A stretch of 64,000 bases of DNA. Origin: an uncultured Planctomycetota bacterium (GTDB lineage: Bacteria > Planctomycetota > Planctomycetia > Isosphaerales > Isosphaeraceae). The stretch lies in NCBI GenBank assembly GCA_963823665.1, contig CAWGMQ010000008.1:768001-832000 (forward strand), read 5' to 3'. Shown here piece by piece: positions 11,094 to 21,633 of this stretch. Below the pieces are notes generated by a model. That model had not been told where the DNA came from and made no database searches. It worked only from the letters and a program-made list of their open reading frames with translations. A program made the position numbers and the translations under genes. The stretch's first letter is position 1. Each line of letters opens with the position of its first letter.

Positions 11094-14000
11094 ATGAGCA
11101 CGACCCGAGTGATTGACCCGAGCTTGCAAACCGAGTACGAGGCCCTCCAAACGTTGTACACGGCGAGCCTCAACAGACGGCCGATTGTTCCCCTGCTCGG
11201 TGCGGGAATCTCGGTCGAATCCGGCTATCCGGCCACGAGTTCGATCATGCGCTATCTCGCGATGGTGCGTTACTTCCTTGATAAACGTCTTTACTTCCCA
11301 GATCAGCTCTTCATGACCGAACGGGATAAGGAGCTGCGTTACGAGAGCAAGGAACACATCGGACGGTTCGGGTGGCCGGACCCGTTCCAATTGAGAGATG
11401 ATCTTTGGAACTCGGACGAGATCGACCGCGATCAGAAGAAACTATTTGGGGCGATAGAAAGTATATACCGTCAGTGGCAGGACGATGAAAATCCCGACGA
11501 AGCCAAGCGTCTGAGATTGATCCACAAACTATTCGCTCGCATGACCGAAAAGGAGCAACGTGATTTTGCCCGTGCCTCGAAAGACCGAGATGGGCTCACC
11601 GATGACGAAGTGAGAGCCTTCCTGAGCCTTCGCCAGTCGCCGACGATCACTCCGAAATGGCGCCCGTTCTTGCGATGGGTAACCGGTCGCCGGGCGGAGT
11701 ATGCGGACAGCCTTTTCCACATGCTTAATCGCGGCCGCGTTCCGGGCAACAGCCATCGCTTTCTCGCATTCCTGACGCGCGTGATGCACTGGAGGCTCAT
11801 CCTGACGACGAACTTCGACGATCTCATCGAACGCGCGATGAGATCGGAGGGATTGTCGCCGATGGTCTTTGACGTATGGCGTCAGGCTGAGCTGCCGAAC
11901 GAGTTGTTAGTAAGAGGGAGCCTTTCTGTCGTGAAGCTTCATGGCAGCGCCTACGGCCTGCGCGTGGATGAGTCGCTTGACGACCCCGTGGCCGACCATG
12001 AAACTGCCCGATTCTGGGGCTACTTCCCAACTGATGCCCTGTTGCTGGTAATAGGCTACGGCGGACACGACCGCCGGATCATGGACTTGGTCGCAGCAGT
12101 GATGGAATTCCAAAGTGCTGCGGGCATGCCGCCGCCGCACGTGCTTTGGACACATGTCGAGATGAGGTGCCCTAGCCATATCAACAATTTGGCCACGCGT
12201 TTTAATTACCCTTCAGCATTTGCCGATCCCGCAAGTCCCGCGATGATCACGGCACGCATCAACGACGCGGGAGCGTTCTTGGCCGGTCTGCATGCTTCGT
12301 ACGCTCAAACTGATCCGGCGAGCACGGAAGCTTACCCGGCACACTCGCAACGCCCGCTCGGCCTGAGACGTGCCGAGGCCGGCAACCCTGTCCCATGGCG
12401 ACAGTCGGCCAGATCCACAGCAGATCCGCGGAGGGATTATGGCGAGCAACACAACCAGCCGCTGGTGCATGTCTTCACGGGAGAGCCGGTCGATGGCACG
12501 CTGCCCGAGGACGATTGCCCCTCCTTCGCTTCATCAATCGCGATGTCGGAGTTCCTCGTCGAGCGAGCTTCAACGCACACGCCGATCTGGCTCAATACTG
12601 CAGTGCACCAATCCGTCGAGGAATTGGTCTCGGAGGTAGTCCGCCAGTGTCGCAAGCACGACGTGGCGTTTCCCTCGTTCGTCCTCGCGTTGCGGGGGAC
12701 ACACCGGGAAGAACAACTGAGGACGGCGGTGAACAGGATTTACGCCACCTTGCGCAGGGGCTCCTACATCCTGGCTCTGGACGGCATCGGCGAGTTCGGG
12801 CGACCTCCCACCACCCACCACGGCCTTCCTGCCTCCTGCGCAGAGCACGTTCTCTCAAGAGTCCAGGAGTTCAGAGCATTCCTCAGCGAGCTGGTCGCGT
12901 CGGCTCATCAATGCAATGACTCTTACATTTGTTTGGCGATCAACGACGTGGCCGACCGATTCGATTCAGGCGGCCGGAGTCCGACTGCCCACCAGAAAGA
13001 GGCATTCGCTCGCATTGTTAATGAGTTCAGGAGCCTGTGTGATGAGATGAGACAAGCCGGCGCCAAATCCGGTCTCGTGCGTTTCCACACCGTCGACGTC
13101 GAGCCACGGCGAAGCCTGTCTGGCGCCAAGATGAGAGCGGAGCTCAAAAAACTCAAGGGGGAGCGAGTTCTATCTGACGATGTGCTGGACGATGTTGAAG
13201 CCCTGCTCGCGAGCTTTCGGCGGCCAATGAGCCGCGTGGCCGTTCGCAAATTGACGGAGGACTACATTAAACCTTATTATAATTTTAATAGCAACCAAGC
13301 ATATCTTGAGTATTTTGACGACCTTTTGGGTGCCTATGTTGCAAACGGCTTCCTCGAACCAATCGCAGGCGATCTGTATTGGATTACCCCGAAGAAGCGT
13401 GACGAAACTTATAACGCCGCGTCGTCTTTGGCGACCAGCAAGGCAATTCTCGACGCCGTTGGCGCGCCGCAACTGGCCCACACTTTCTATGGTCACGCGC
13501 CTGGGTTCGAGACGAATCACTCCGCGCCAGCCGCGGCTAAGATGGCGCGCCAGGTTGCCAGGCTCACGTGCCAGCACAAAGATATCGCGAGCTACTACTA
13601 TTCGGATTTGTTCCTCGCAAGCAAGGACACCTCAGCATACTTCGAACACCTCTACCACAGGATTTCGTCGATTCGCTACCTCACCATCCAGGACGCACTG
13701 GTATTCAGGTGCAGCACTCAGATTCGCAGTCGGCGACAACCGCCCGGTCCCGGCATCCCAACCCCTGTAGACAGCTACCTCCAGAGCATGCTCCAACCAA
13801 AACGACCCGGACGGAAGGACCGGCTCGATGATATTCGCGCTGGAACAGACTCTCTTGCGCGATCGCGAAGTGCTCTTGAGCCAGGTCCCGTCCGACACGC
13901 TCCTGGGCTGGATCGATTGGATCGTCACGCACGACCTTGCCCGGTTTCGCATGAGCTATTACGTTCCGGATAACGCCAAGCCGGTCCCAGGGGAAAAGGC

Positions 14001-15868
14001 GATTGAACGAGAGGTTCGAAAACTCCTGCGGATGTTACTTGACCTCCGGGCCGAAGTCTTGCGGCAGAAAACCGACTACAAAGCGTGCATCGATGCCCGG
14101 ATCATGCAAGTCGAACACCTTCTTGAGGACCTGGATTTCCCGGTCCATCTTGCCAGAGTGATGCATGGCACGCCAATATGTCATACATATGCTCATATGA
14201 TTAAAAAACTCAATATAGAATTAGCGCTCGCTTTAAGGATAAGCTACTAACGAAGAGCGTAAGGAGGCGATGTTTCGGTGCCATGGCTGCATTGCTCGAT
14301 ATCGGCGTCTGCCTCAATGGGCTTGGGGAATTCGAGGAAGCAGCGTCGATCATCACCTGGTTGCGGTGGGCCATCGAGCCCATGAAAGCCAAGAAGGGCA
14401 AGGAGGCCATCGAGCTCGCCGAACACTACGAGCCGCTGGAACTGGAGATCCACTTCCGGGCGGCGGAGCTGATCCTGAGGCCAGTCGAGCGCTGGGATTA
14501 CAAGAACGACTCCCTCGGGGCCAGCGACCATCTTGAGCAACGGTGTGCGGCGGCGATCAAAGAATGTGATGCGGGGCTGATTCTCGTGCACGAGACGAAC
14601 ACCAAGCTGGACAGCTATTTCGTGTACCGGAGCTCTTTTCGCATTCACCGCGCGCGGGCACTGGCACGTCGTTCCAATTTCGTCACGGCCCAACAAGATT
14701 TCGACCGGGCGGTCGCCGAACTGGACACGCGAAGAGTGAGTAGTCGTACGTCTTTGGCAGTGCGAGCACTATATCTAGCCGAAGCGTTGATGGCCTGGTC
14801 CGACTATCAACTTATGAGCAACTGCAGGAGCACATTACGCAATCCCACGTACCAGAGGAGCCTTTCACCTCAAGGCCGGTTCTTTGTCGGATTCGATAGA
14901 TTCATTTCGAAATTGGCCCCCGGCCTCACGGGTCCGGCCGCGAAGGAGCTGCTTCGTCGCGCGATGACTCCCTGGGTCGATTGTGTGTCCGACGACCCCA
15001 AGAAAGCGCGAGGCCTCGCCGAAAAGAGCCTGAACCTGATCCGAGCGGTGAACCCAAGAATCGAAGACGCGGTGGCAGACGCCCGAGATGCACTGAAAAA
15101 GGAGAACCTCAAAGCCGCATGGCTTGACGCCGCGAATCAGAACATAAACAAGGAACAGCTAGATGACGCTCTACGACGTTCGTTAGCGTACTGGAGCGCT
15201 GCCTCGCTCACGACGCTGAAACCGAGCCGATGGGATTGGCGAAGGATCGGAGTTCAGACCCTCACGAGCGTCCAAACCACGCTCGACGACGCCGAGGGCT
15301 ATCTGACGAACGCCCGGCGTGACATTCAGTTCTGGTATCTGCTTCACCGCCTTCGCGCCCAGGCCTGTTTCGAGGAACTCTTGATGATGCTTACTCTTGG
15401 ACCGGACGAGCAGCAGAAACCGAAGAGAAGAACCGGGCTTACCAGCTCTTCCACGCCAACTTCGTCGGTCGCGCCCGCGCAGGGTTACGGGCACTGGCCA
15501 ACGCTCATGACAACCTCCTGGACGATGACGATCCCCGCGCCGCCGGGCTTAAGCGGCTCCATTTCCAGATCTTGCTGGCATGCGCTTGCAACGAATGGAT
15601 CAGACTGAAGGTCAATCCAGAACACGTCGACATTTTCGCGGAGGGGTTCTGGAAGCTCTGGGGTTGGCTCAGTCGCTCCGCCGGGCACGGCACGGATGAA
15701 GACCTCAAGACGCCAAACGCATGCCGAGTGTACCTCAAGCTCATCCTCAGTTCTGCAGACGGACTCGATTACTCACTCTTGGCCAGGGCGTTCGTGGAGC
15801 GACACATCAAGATCTTTTACAACCCGCTAGTTCCTGTTCCCGACCTCTCTCCTGCTCCACTGAATTGA
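11094..15868 (+). CDS. Large SIR2-domain protein (SIR2 - degenerate STAND-like NTPase/winged helix - helical repeats), split into ORFs 11094..13973, 13828..14250, 14283..15608 and 15572..15868; candidate anti-phage NADase
   Basis: SIR2 motifs PLLGAGISVESGYP, LILTTNFDDLIE, VVKLHGS, LLVIGYGGHD; Walker-B-like YILALDGIGEF; winged-helix-like LLASFRRP...LYWI; helical C-terminal part. Joining the fragments is inferred from overlapping or abutting frames. Confidence 0.75.
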
Positions 15869-15963
15869 GCGCATGGTCGTGATTTCGGTCGAGCTGACCA
15901 ACACCCTCGAACGACTCGGCAGCGGCGCGGAAAGCTTGCGCGTGGCTGGAGGGAATGCATGTG

Positions 15964-17047
15964 TCATTCCTTGTTGTGTCTGCGCGCAACGAGGGTAATC
16001 TTTGCCAAGCAGGCTCGCGATGCCCGTCACGTAGTAACTATACCCATTCCGGCGCTCATGCTCGATTTCGCTGAGTGCGTAACGAATGACCTTGTCTCGC
16101 CCGGTGAAGACGGGGCGATTCGTCCCCAGCTCGTAGAACCGCGCCCACAGCGGACCGGCCTTGGGGTCGGCGACGACGCGCTTGTCACGCTTACCGTCAG
16201 CGCCCGTGAATTCTTCGAGGCGCACGCCGTGAATCGCCACGGCCTGGAACCAGGCCACGGCGCCTTCGATAGCGGCGATGATGTCGGGCGTGGGCTGCTC
16301 GATCTCCATCAGAAAGCGGACGATGCCGACGCTTTCGCCGCCAGAAAGCGTCGGCGGCTCGAAGTTGCGCGCCCAGGCGGGCTCGAGCGTCGTTTCGTCG
16401 TGCTGGGCGCACCAGGCGGTGAGCTTGCCATTCTGTTTGATCTGGGTGCGCAGGATGCAGTCGATTCCCCGGGCCACGGCGGACGCCGCCCGGGCGCGGC
16501 GGGCGGCGTCCACGAAGTCATATGGCCGCTTGCCGGCGGAGCTGTCACGCAAGACGGTCAGTACATTGACCATCGCGTCGTCGTTATAGGTGATATGCGA
16601 GTAGTAGCCCTTTCGGAGCGGGAAATACTGCGGCCAGCCGCCGTTTTGAAACTGGGCGGCGAGCAAATAGTCGAAGCCCCGGTCGAAAACCGCGCGGTAG
16701 CGGGGGTCTTCCGTCGCTTGCACCATCAGGGCGAGAAACCGCAACGGCGTGGTGGTGGCACCGTTGTCGATGGTGTTCGCGCCACCATGCCGAGCCAGTT
16801 CGCCGAGGACTTCGGGCGAGGGTGCAGCGGCAAGGTCGGTGTTCTTGGGCCAGCCACCTTCGGGTGACTGCCATCGGATGACCTCGTCGGCGATGGCACG
16901 CGCCGCGGCCGAGGCGTACCACTCCGGTTTCTGGCGGAGCATGGCGGTGGTCCAGCGGACTTGCGTATCGCCGCGTGCGCATTCGGGGGCGATCAGTATG
17001 ATGCCGAAGGTCGCGGCGAAACAGAAACGTGCGATCGATCGATCCAT
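15964..17047 (-). CDS. pelA: Pectate lyase, polysaccharide lyase family 10 (C-terminal frameshift near 15985)
   Basis: Signal peptide; GGWPKN, TIDNGAT, NGGWPQYFP, ITYNDDAM, AWCAQHD, ARNFEP, WARFYE, ERRNGY. AGGAAGGA RBS precedes ATG 17047. Confidence 0.92.
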
Positions 17048-17147
17048 GTCCTTCCTCGTGCCCATGCGCTGCATCCACTTTATGGGAGTGGCCGCTGTGT
17101 CTGTCCGGCGACGCGGAGCGTCGGGGAGAGCATTCCCACGCAGATTT

Positions 17148-20042
17148 TCATTTTAAGGGTCCTGACACCTTTTTCTCGAACTCCTGGAGCAAGGCTTGAA
17201 ATCCCGGGTCGTTGCGGATCGGCTCGAGATCGGTGTCTTTCTTGAGGACAACGACGTCGGTCCAACCCCGCTCCTTGGCGTTGCGCAGGCATTCCAGCGC
17301 GGCACTCGTGTAACGCGCTTTTGTCTGCTGATCACTCCCCGTGGCGGCTGAGGCGACCGCGTAGCCGAAGGCGGCCTGGACGTAAAGGTTCTCATCCTTG
17401 GGCGGTGTCGCCACCAGCGAGTGGGCAATCTTCGCGGCTTCGACGTGCTCGCCGCAACGGCCGAGCGCGAGCATGAGGTTCAACTGCATGCCTTTGGGAT
17501 CCGTCTGTTTCACGAGCTCTTTACAGACCGCCAGGCTTTCCTGGAATCCGGTCGCGGCGCCGGCCTTGTCGCCTGCGTGCATGGCGCAGGTCGCGTCGTA
17601 ATAGAGCGTCTCGGCAAGCACCTTCTTGTTCGCGGCATCCTCGGGATCGGCCTTCGCTCGCTTCCTCAGAATCTCGAGCGCCTTGCGGTGGAAGTCGCGG
17701 GCGAGTGCGGGATCCTTTCCATTGGGATATCGCATCGAGGCTTGATTGTTGTACGAGAGGGCAAGGTCGTTCTGGACCGGCCAGGAGTCCGGCTGTTTGG
17801 CCGTGTTCTGGCTGCGCAGCGACGCCACCTTATCATACAGTCGCAGCGCTTCATCGTTGTCGCCCATTCGGACATACATCGCTGCGCGTTCCGCAATGAA
17901 GCCGGCGAGCTCGCGCCGGTTCTCGAATTCGCCGGCGGCTGCGGCGGAAAATGACTCGCGGATCTCGATCTCCTGGCGATAGAGCTCACGGGCCTTATCG
18001 AGATGACCGAGATTCGCTTCCGACTTCGCCAGCCCACCCACCGAATTGGCCAGCTCACTCTTGAAGGCGTCGCTGTCGGGCTCTTTGGCCAGGCGTGTCT
18101 TGCTGAGCTCGATGGCGGTGTTGAAGTAGCTCTGGGCCCCCGCGGTGTCGCCGATCTGGTCCATGGTGACGTAGCCGAGCTGGCGCTTGATTTTTATCAA
18201 GTTGACCTGCATGACGCGGTCGGCCGGATCGGCGACGGTGAGCTTGGTGACGATTTCTTCGGCCTGGTGGAATTGTGCGAGAGCCTCCTTGACCTGGTTC
18301 CGCGATAGATGGAGGGCACCCTGTGACTGGTGCGCCTTCGCCAGTGTTCCCCAGTTGCGTCCTTCGTCTTCCGGTGCCCAGTCCACGTCGCGGCGCAGGT
18401 TAGTCATTGCCTGCGCCGCCTCTTCCAGTCGCTTGCTCGCCTTGTCGAGCAGAGCTTCGCGCTCGTCATGGATCGCGGTCACGAAGCGCAGCTTGCGCCG
18501 CAGCAGATCGATCATATCGAGCTGGGCTTCCACCGCACTGCGGTTTTGTACGTTGGCCGCGCGGGCGGCGGCGACGGCGACCTTTTCCTTGCGCTCGGCC
18601 TCTTGACGCTTTTCCTCAGCGAGTGTATTCGCCGCGGCCAGTGCCTGACTTTGCTGACGGTAAACCACCGCAGCGATGGCCGAGCCGGCCGAACCCGTCA
18701 ATATCAAAGCGGCGACCGCCCCAGTCAGAATCGCAACCGTCTTGTTGCGCAGGCACCACCGGCGCACGCGTTCGACGTCGGAGACCGGTCGCGCGGTGAT
18801 CGTTTCACCCGCCCGGAACTTGCGCAGGTCCTCGGCCAGAGCCAGCGCGTCGGGATAGCGCCGCGCGATGTCCTTTTCCAGGCATTTCAGGCAGATCGTC
18901 TCCAGATCGCGCGGCGTTTTGGGCTGGAGCTGCGAGGGCGGCACGGGCTCACGGCTGCGCACCATGTCGAGCGTGTCGAGCACCGAAGTTCCCTGGAACG
19001 GCGGCCGCCCGGTGAGTAGCTCGTAAAGGATCGCGCCCAGGGCATACTGGTCCGCGGCGGGCCCGACCCGCTGGCTCTCACCCCGCGCCTGTTCCGGAGC
19101 CATGTAGCTGGGCGTGCCCAGGATCGAGCCGCTGCTGGTGTGCCCCGAGTCATCCTCCAGCCGCTTCACCAGCCCGAAATCGGTGATTTTCACGGTGCCG
19201 TCGGCCGCGAACAGGATATTGGTTGGTTTGAGGTCGCGATGGATCACCTTGTGCTCATGCGCCACGTGCATCGCGCGCGCGAGCGTCTCGACGATTCGCG
19301 CAGCCTCGTGAAACGGCTGGGGCTTGCCGCCGATCTTCTGGGCGAGGGTACCGCCCGGGAGATACTCGAGCGAGAAGTAAGGCAGCCCCTCGTGCTCGCC
19401 GATCTCGAAAATCCGGACGAAATTGGAGTGTTCAATCGCGGCAACCGCTTTCGCCTCGATCTCGAACCGCGCGAGATCCTCGGGCCGCGCATTGGCCCCG
19501 CCGCGAATCATCTTGAGCGCAACGAACCGGTCGAGCCGCGGCTGTCGCGCCTTGTAGACAACCCCCATGCCGCCGACGCCCAGGACACCGAGAATCTGGT
19601 AACCGGCGATTTGCGCCTTGGGCAGCTCCACTGCGCCGGCAGTCGGGGGCAGGGTGTGGTTGAGATCCCGGGTGAGAGAGATTCCTAAGTCTGAGGCGAC
19701 GGTCGAGTCGCGCGAACCAACCGCCGTGATCCCGTCCGCGAGCTCGGGGTCGTCGAGCTGCTCGAGCCGCTCGAGCCATGACGGAGAGGCGACGAGTGTG
19801 GCGATCGTCTTCCGGGCATCGCCGTCATGCCGCTTGAGACACTCGGTGGAAAGCGTTTCAATCAACCCACGCTGCACCGCGGAAAGCACGCCCTGGTCGA
19901 CCAGCACGTCAGCCAGTGTGCGGCCCGGTTCCCGCGCCTGAGCCCTGAGCGCGGCCGGAATCACCTCCGGCGCAACCAGATCGTTGTGCATCGCGATGAG
20001 GCCGAAGAGCAAATCGCTGGGGGCGTCGCCGAGTCGAACCAT
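17148..20042 (-). CDS. Membrane Ser/Thr protein kinase (Hanks type) with C-terminal TPR-like region
   Basis: LGVGGMGVVY, VALKMI, HRDLKPTN, DFGL, GTPSYMAPEQ; one hydrophobic segment (VAILTGAVAALIL...) followed by a coiled coil and TPR-like helices. AAGAGGAG RBS precedes ATG 20042. Confidence 0.95.
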   Translation of the reverse strand: MVRLGDAPSDLLFGLIAMHNDLVAPEVIPAALRAQAREPGRTLADVLVDQGVLSAVQRGLIETLSTECLKRHDGDARKTIATLVASPSWLERLEQLDDPELADGITAVGSRDSTVASDLGISLTRDLNHTLPPTAGAVELPKAQIAGYQILGVLGVGGMGVVYKARQPRLDRFVALKMIRGGANARPEDLARFEIEAKAVAAIEHSNFVRIFEIGEHEGLPYFSLEYLPGGTLAQKIGGKPQPFHEAARIVETLARAMHVAHEHKVIHRDLKPTNILFAADGTVKITDFGLVKRLEDDSGHTSSGSILGTPSYMAPEQARGESQRVGPAADQYALGAILYELLTGRPPFQGTSVLDTLDMVRSREPVPPSQLQPKTPRDLETICLKCLEKDIARRYPDALALAEDLRKFRAGETITARPVSDVERVRRWCLRNKTVAILTGAVAALILTGSAGSAIAAVVYRQQSQALAAANTLAEEKRQEAERKEKVAVAAARAANVQNRSAVEAQLDMIDLLRRKLRFVTAIHDEREALLDKASKRLEEAAQAMTNLRRDVDWAPEDEGRNWGTLAKAHQSQGALHLSRNQVKEALAQFHQAEEIVTKLTVADPADRVMQVNLIKIKRQLGYVTMDQIGDTAGAQSYFNTAIELSKTRLAKEPDSDAFKSELANSVGGLAKSEANLGHLDKARELYRQEIEIRESFSAAAAGEFENRRELAGFIAERAAMYVRMGDNDEALRLYDKVASLRSQNTAKQPDSWPVQNDLALSYNNQASMRYPNGKDPALARDFHRKALEILRKRAKADPEDAANKKVLAETLYYDATCAMHAGDKAGAATGFQESLAVCKELVKQTDPKGMQLNLMLALGRCGEHVEAAKIAHSLVATPPKDENLYVQAAFGYAVASAATGSDQQTKARYTSAALECLRNAKERGWTDVVVLKKDTDLEPIRNDPGFQALLQEFEKKVSGPLK

Positions 20043-20142
20043 GGTTGCTCCTCTTGCGGTCAGGCCGGGTCGGGTCGGGCTGGGTTGCGCCCGACGCGGC
20101 GAAGGTGATTCGCTGGCGGCGAGGCCGCCCATCATTGTGCGG

Positions 20143-20167
20143 ACGGCACACGGAGTGTGCCTGCTAC
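20143..20167 (-). repeat. GTAG-type REP-like palindrome
   Basis: Minus strand reads GTAGCA-GGCACAC-TCC-GTGTGCC-GT, a GTAG tetranucleotide followed by a perfect 7-bp hairpin, just downstream of the ECF stop codon. Confidence 0.65.
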
Positions 20168-20169
20168 AA

Positions 20170-20772
20170 CTACGAAGGGTCGTCGAGCAGCTTGATCTCC
20201 TCTCGGAGGAACTCAAGTACGCGGCTCTTTGCCTTGAATACCGTCGCCCGGCTCATCCCCAGCCGGGTCGCGACCTCGTCGCCGGAAAAGCCCTCGTAGG
20301 CCGTTAGCCGGAACGCTTCCCACGTCTGCGGCTCAACTCGTGCCCGGGCGCGGGCGGAGGCCATCGCCACGATCTCCGAGTCAAACTGGTCCTTGAGATG
20401 CGCGAGCAGATCGGCTCGCGCCTCCACGCTTTGAAGCTGCTCGAGCACTGCGTCGTCGCCGCTGCCGGAGCACTGGCGCTTCCGTTCCGCGAGGAAGTCG
20501 GCCAGGGCGTGCTGGGTCACCGTGCGCAGCCAGCCACGAAAACTCCGGGACGGGTCATACTGAAACGCCCCGAGCTTCTGAGACAGACGCAAGAGCACGT
20601 CCTGGGTGACATCTTCCGAGTCGGCCTCCTGCAACCCCCAGCGCCGGCACCAGCCGCGAATCCGCGAACCGTACAGGTTCACGAACCGCGCCCAGGCGAC
20701 GTGGTCTCCCGGGCCCAGACCGACGCGACCCAGCAGGGTCGCACTCGTCGGATCGGTCGATTCGAGCGGCAT
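20170..20772 (-). CDS. ECF sigma-70 factor (planctomycete kinase-associated type)
   Basis: TSATLL, AWARFVNLY, EADSEDVTQDV, SFRGWL, TWEAFRL, VATRLGMS..VFKAKSRV. It is co-oriented directly upstream of the kinase; GAGGA RBS precedes ATG 20772. Confidence 0.93.
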   Translation of the reverse strand: MPLESTDPTSATLLGRVGLGPGDHVAWARFVNLYGSRIRGWCRRWGLQEADSEDVTQDVLLRLSQKLGAFQYDPSRSFRGWLRTVTQHALADFLAERKRQCSGSGDDAVLEQLQSVEARADLLAHLKDQFDSEIVAMASARARARVEPQTWEAFRLTAYEGFSGDEVATRLGMSRATVFKAKSRVLEFLREEIKLLDDPS

Positions 20773-21009
20773 CGGATCCTCGACGGACGTCGTGGCGGGA
20801 CTACAAAGATGGTTTTTCACGGGTTACTCGCGAAACATCTCGTAACTAAAAGATAACGGCCTCGCCAAGGCTCGTCCATGAACAGGTCACGCTTGCACGC
20901 GCGGACCTGGAACGGGCGCCTGAACCGGGCCGGACTGGAGATACACCTCTCTTACGTTCGTCTGCGAAAATCCTTTCACCCCGAAAGAAAAAAGAATTTT
21001 TGCGCGGTT

Positions 21010-21046
21010 GAGTCAGGTCCGCCGCGCCCGGCCGGTACGATCTTCC
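21010..21046 (+). promoter_or_regulatory. Conserved promoter-like element, copy 1 (candidate ECF promoter)
   Basis: GAGTCAG GTCC GCCGCGC CCGG CCGGTA CG ATCT TCC, preceded by an A/T tract (GAATTTT) and about 55 nt upstream of ATG 21102. Matches 21535-21571 at 28/37 positions without gaps. Confidence 0.65.
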
Positions 21047-21101
21047 GAGCCACACAGCTCGGGTTCAATTACACGGCCGCATACCTGGAAAGGTCAAAAT
21101 C

Positions 21102-21383
21102 ATGACACGGAACTTGATCGCGACGGCGTCTCATGCTTTTGGAATCGTTCGCTCGAGTTCCGGCCGCCGGAGCCGGCCTCGCGCGAGCATTTGCCTCGAG
21201 AACCTCGAGGGCCGGCTGTCGTTGTCGTCCGTCTCGGCGGGCGGGCCCGCGCCGCTGATCAAGCACGGCGCTGATCCGACGGCTGTCCAGATGCAGCCGA
21301 TGATTCAGGGCAACCAACTCAGCACGAATGCCACTGGCCAGCACATCGAACCGGCTATCCTTTTCCCCGTGTTCGCTCAATAA
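21102..21383 (+). CDS. Short secreted protein with planctomycete LExLExR leader and one GNxIGTD-like repeat unit
   Basis: GGAAAGG RBS; RRSRPRASICLENLEGRLSLS leader; mature part contains MIQGNQLSTNATGQHIEP. Confidence 0.75.
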   Translation: MTRNLIATASHAFGIVRSSSGRRSRPRASICLENLEGRLSLSSVSAGGPAPLIKHGADPTAVQMQPMIQGNQLSTNATGQHIEPAILFPVFAQ

Positions 21384-21443
21384 GAGTCTCACGACCGTCA
21401 TGGCCCGAGCGCGGGCGTTCAGTATCGAAATTCTCGAACGTCA

Positions 21444-21480
21444 GGGTCAGATCCGCCCGGTCGCACCGCTACCCTCCCAC
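21444..21480 (+). promoter_or_regulatory. Conserved promoter-like element, copy 2
   Basis: GGGTCAG ATCC GCCCGGT CGCA CCGCTA, preceded by GAAATTCT; same spacing as copies 1 and 3. Confidence 0.5.
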
Positions 21481-21534
21481 GCGACCGTAGCGGATGCGTG
21501 TCATGAGCCCACGTTCGAATTTCTTGGTGAAGCC

Positions 21535-21571
21535 GAGTCAGATCCACCGCGCGACACCGGTAACATCTCCC
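21535..21571 (+). promoter_or_regulatory. Conserved promoter-like element, copy 3
   Basis: GAGTCAG ATCC ACCGCGC GACA CCGGTA AC ATCT CCC, preceded by GAATTTCTT and about 62 nt upstream of ATG 21634. Confidence 0.65.
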
Positions 21572-21633
21572 AGCGGTGCCGCGAACCCGGTCGAACAGGG
21601 TGATTCACTCCTAATTTTGCGAGATTTTCAACC

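Noticed and set aside
20610..20630. DSED in place of DAED in the ECF as a phosphorylation switch
   Set aside because: The acidic residues are retained, unlike the uncharged motif of known phosphorylation-activated ECFs, so the Ser alone is not evidence.
20880..20912. Fourth copy of the promoter motif on the minus strand upstream of the ECF gene
   Set aside because: Only CAGGTCCGC matches; the CCGSTA half is missing.
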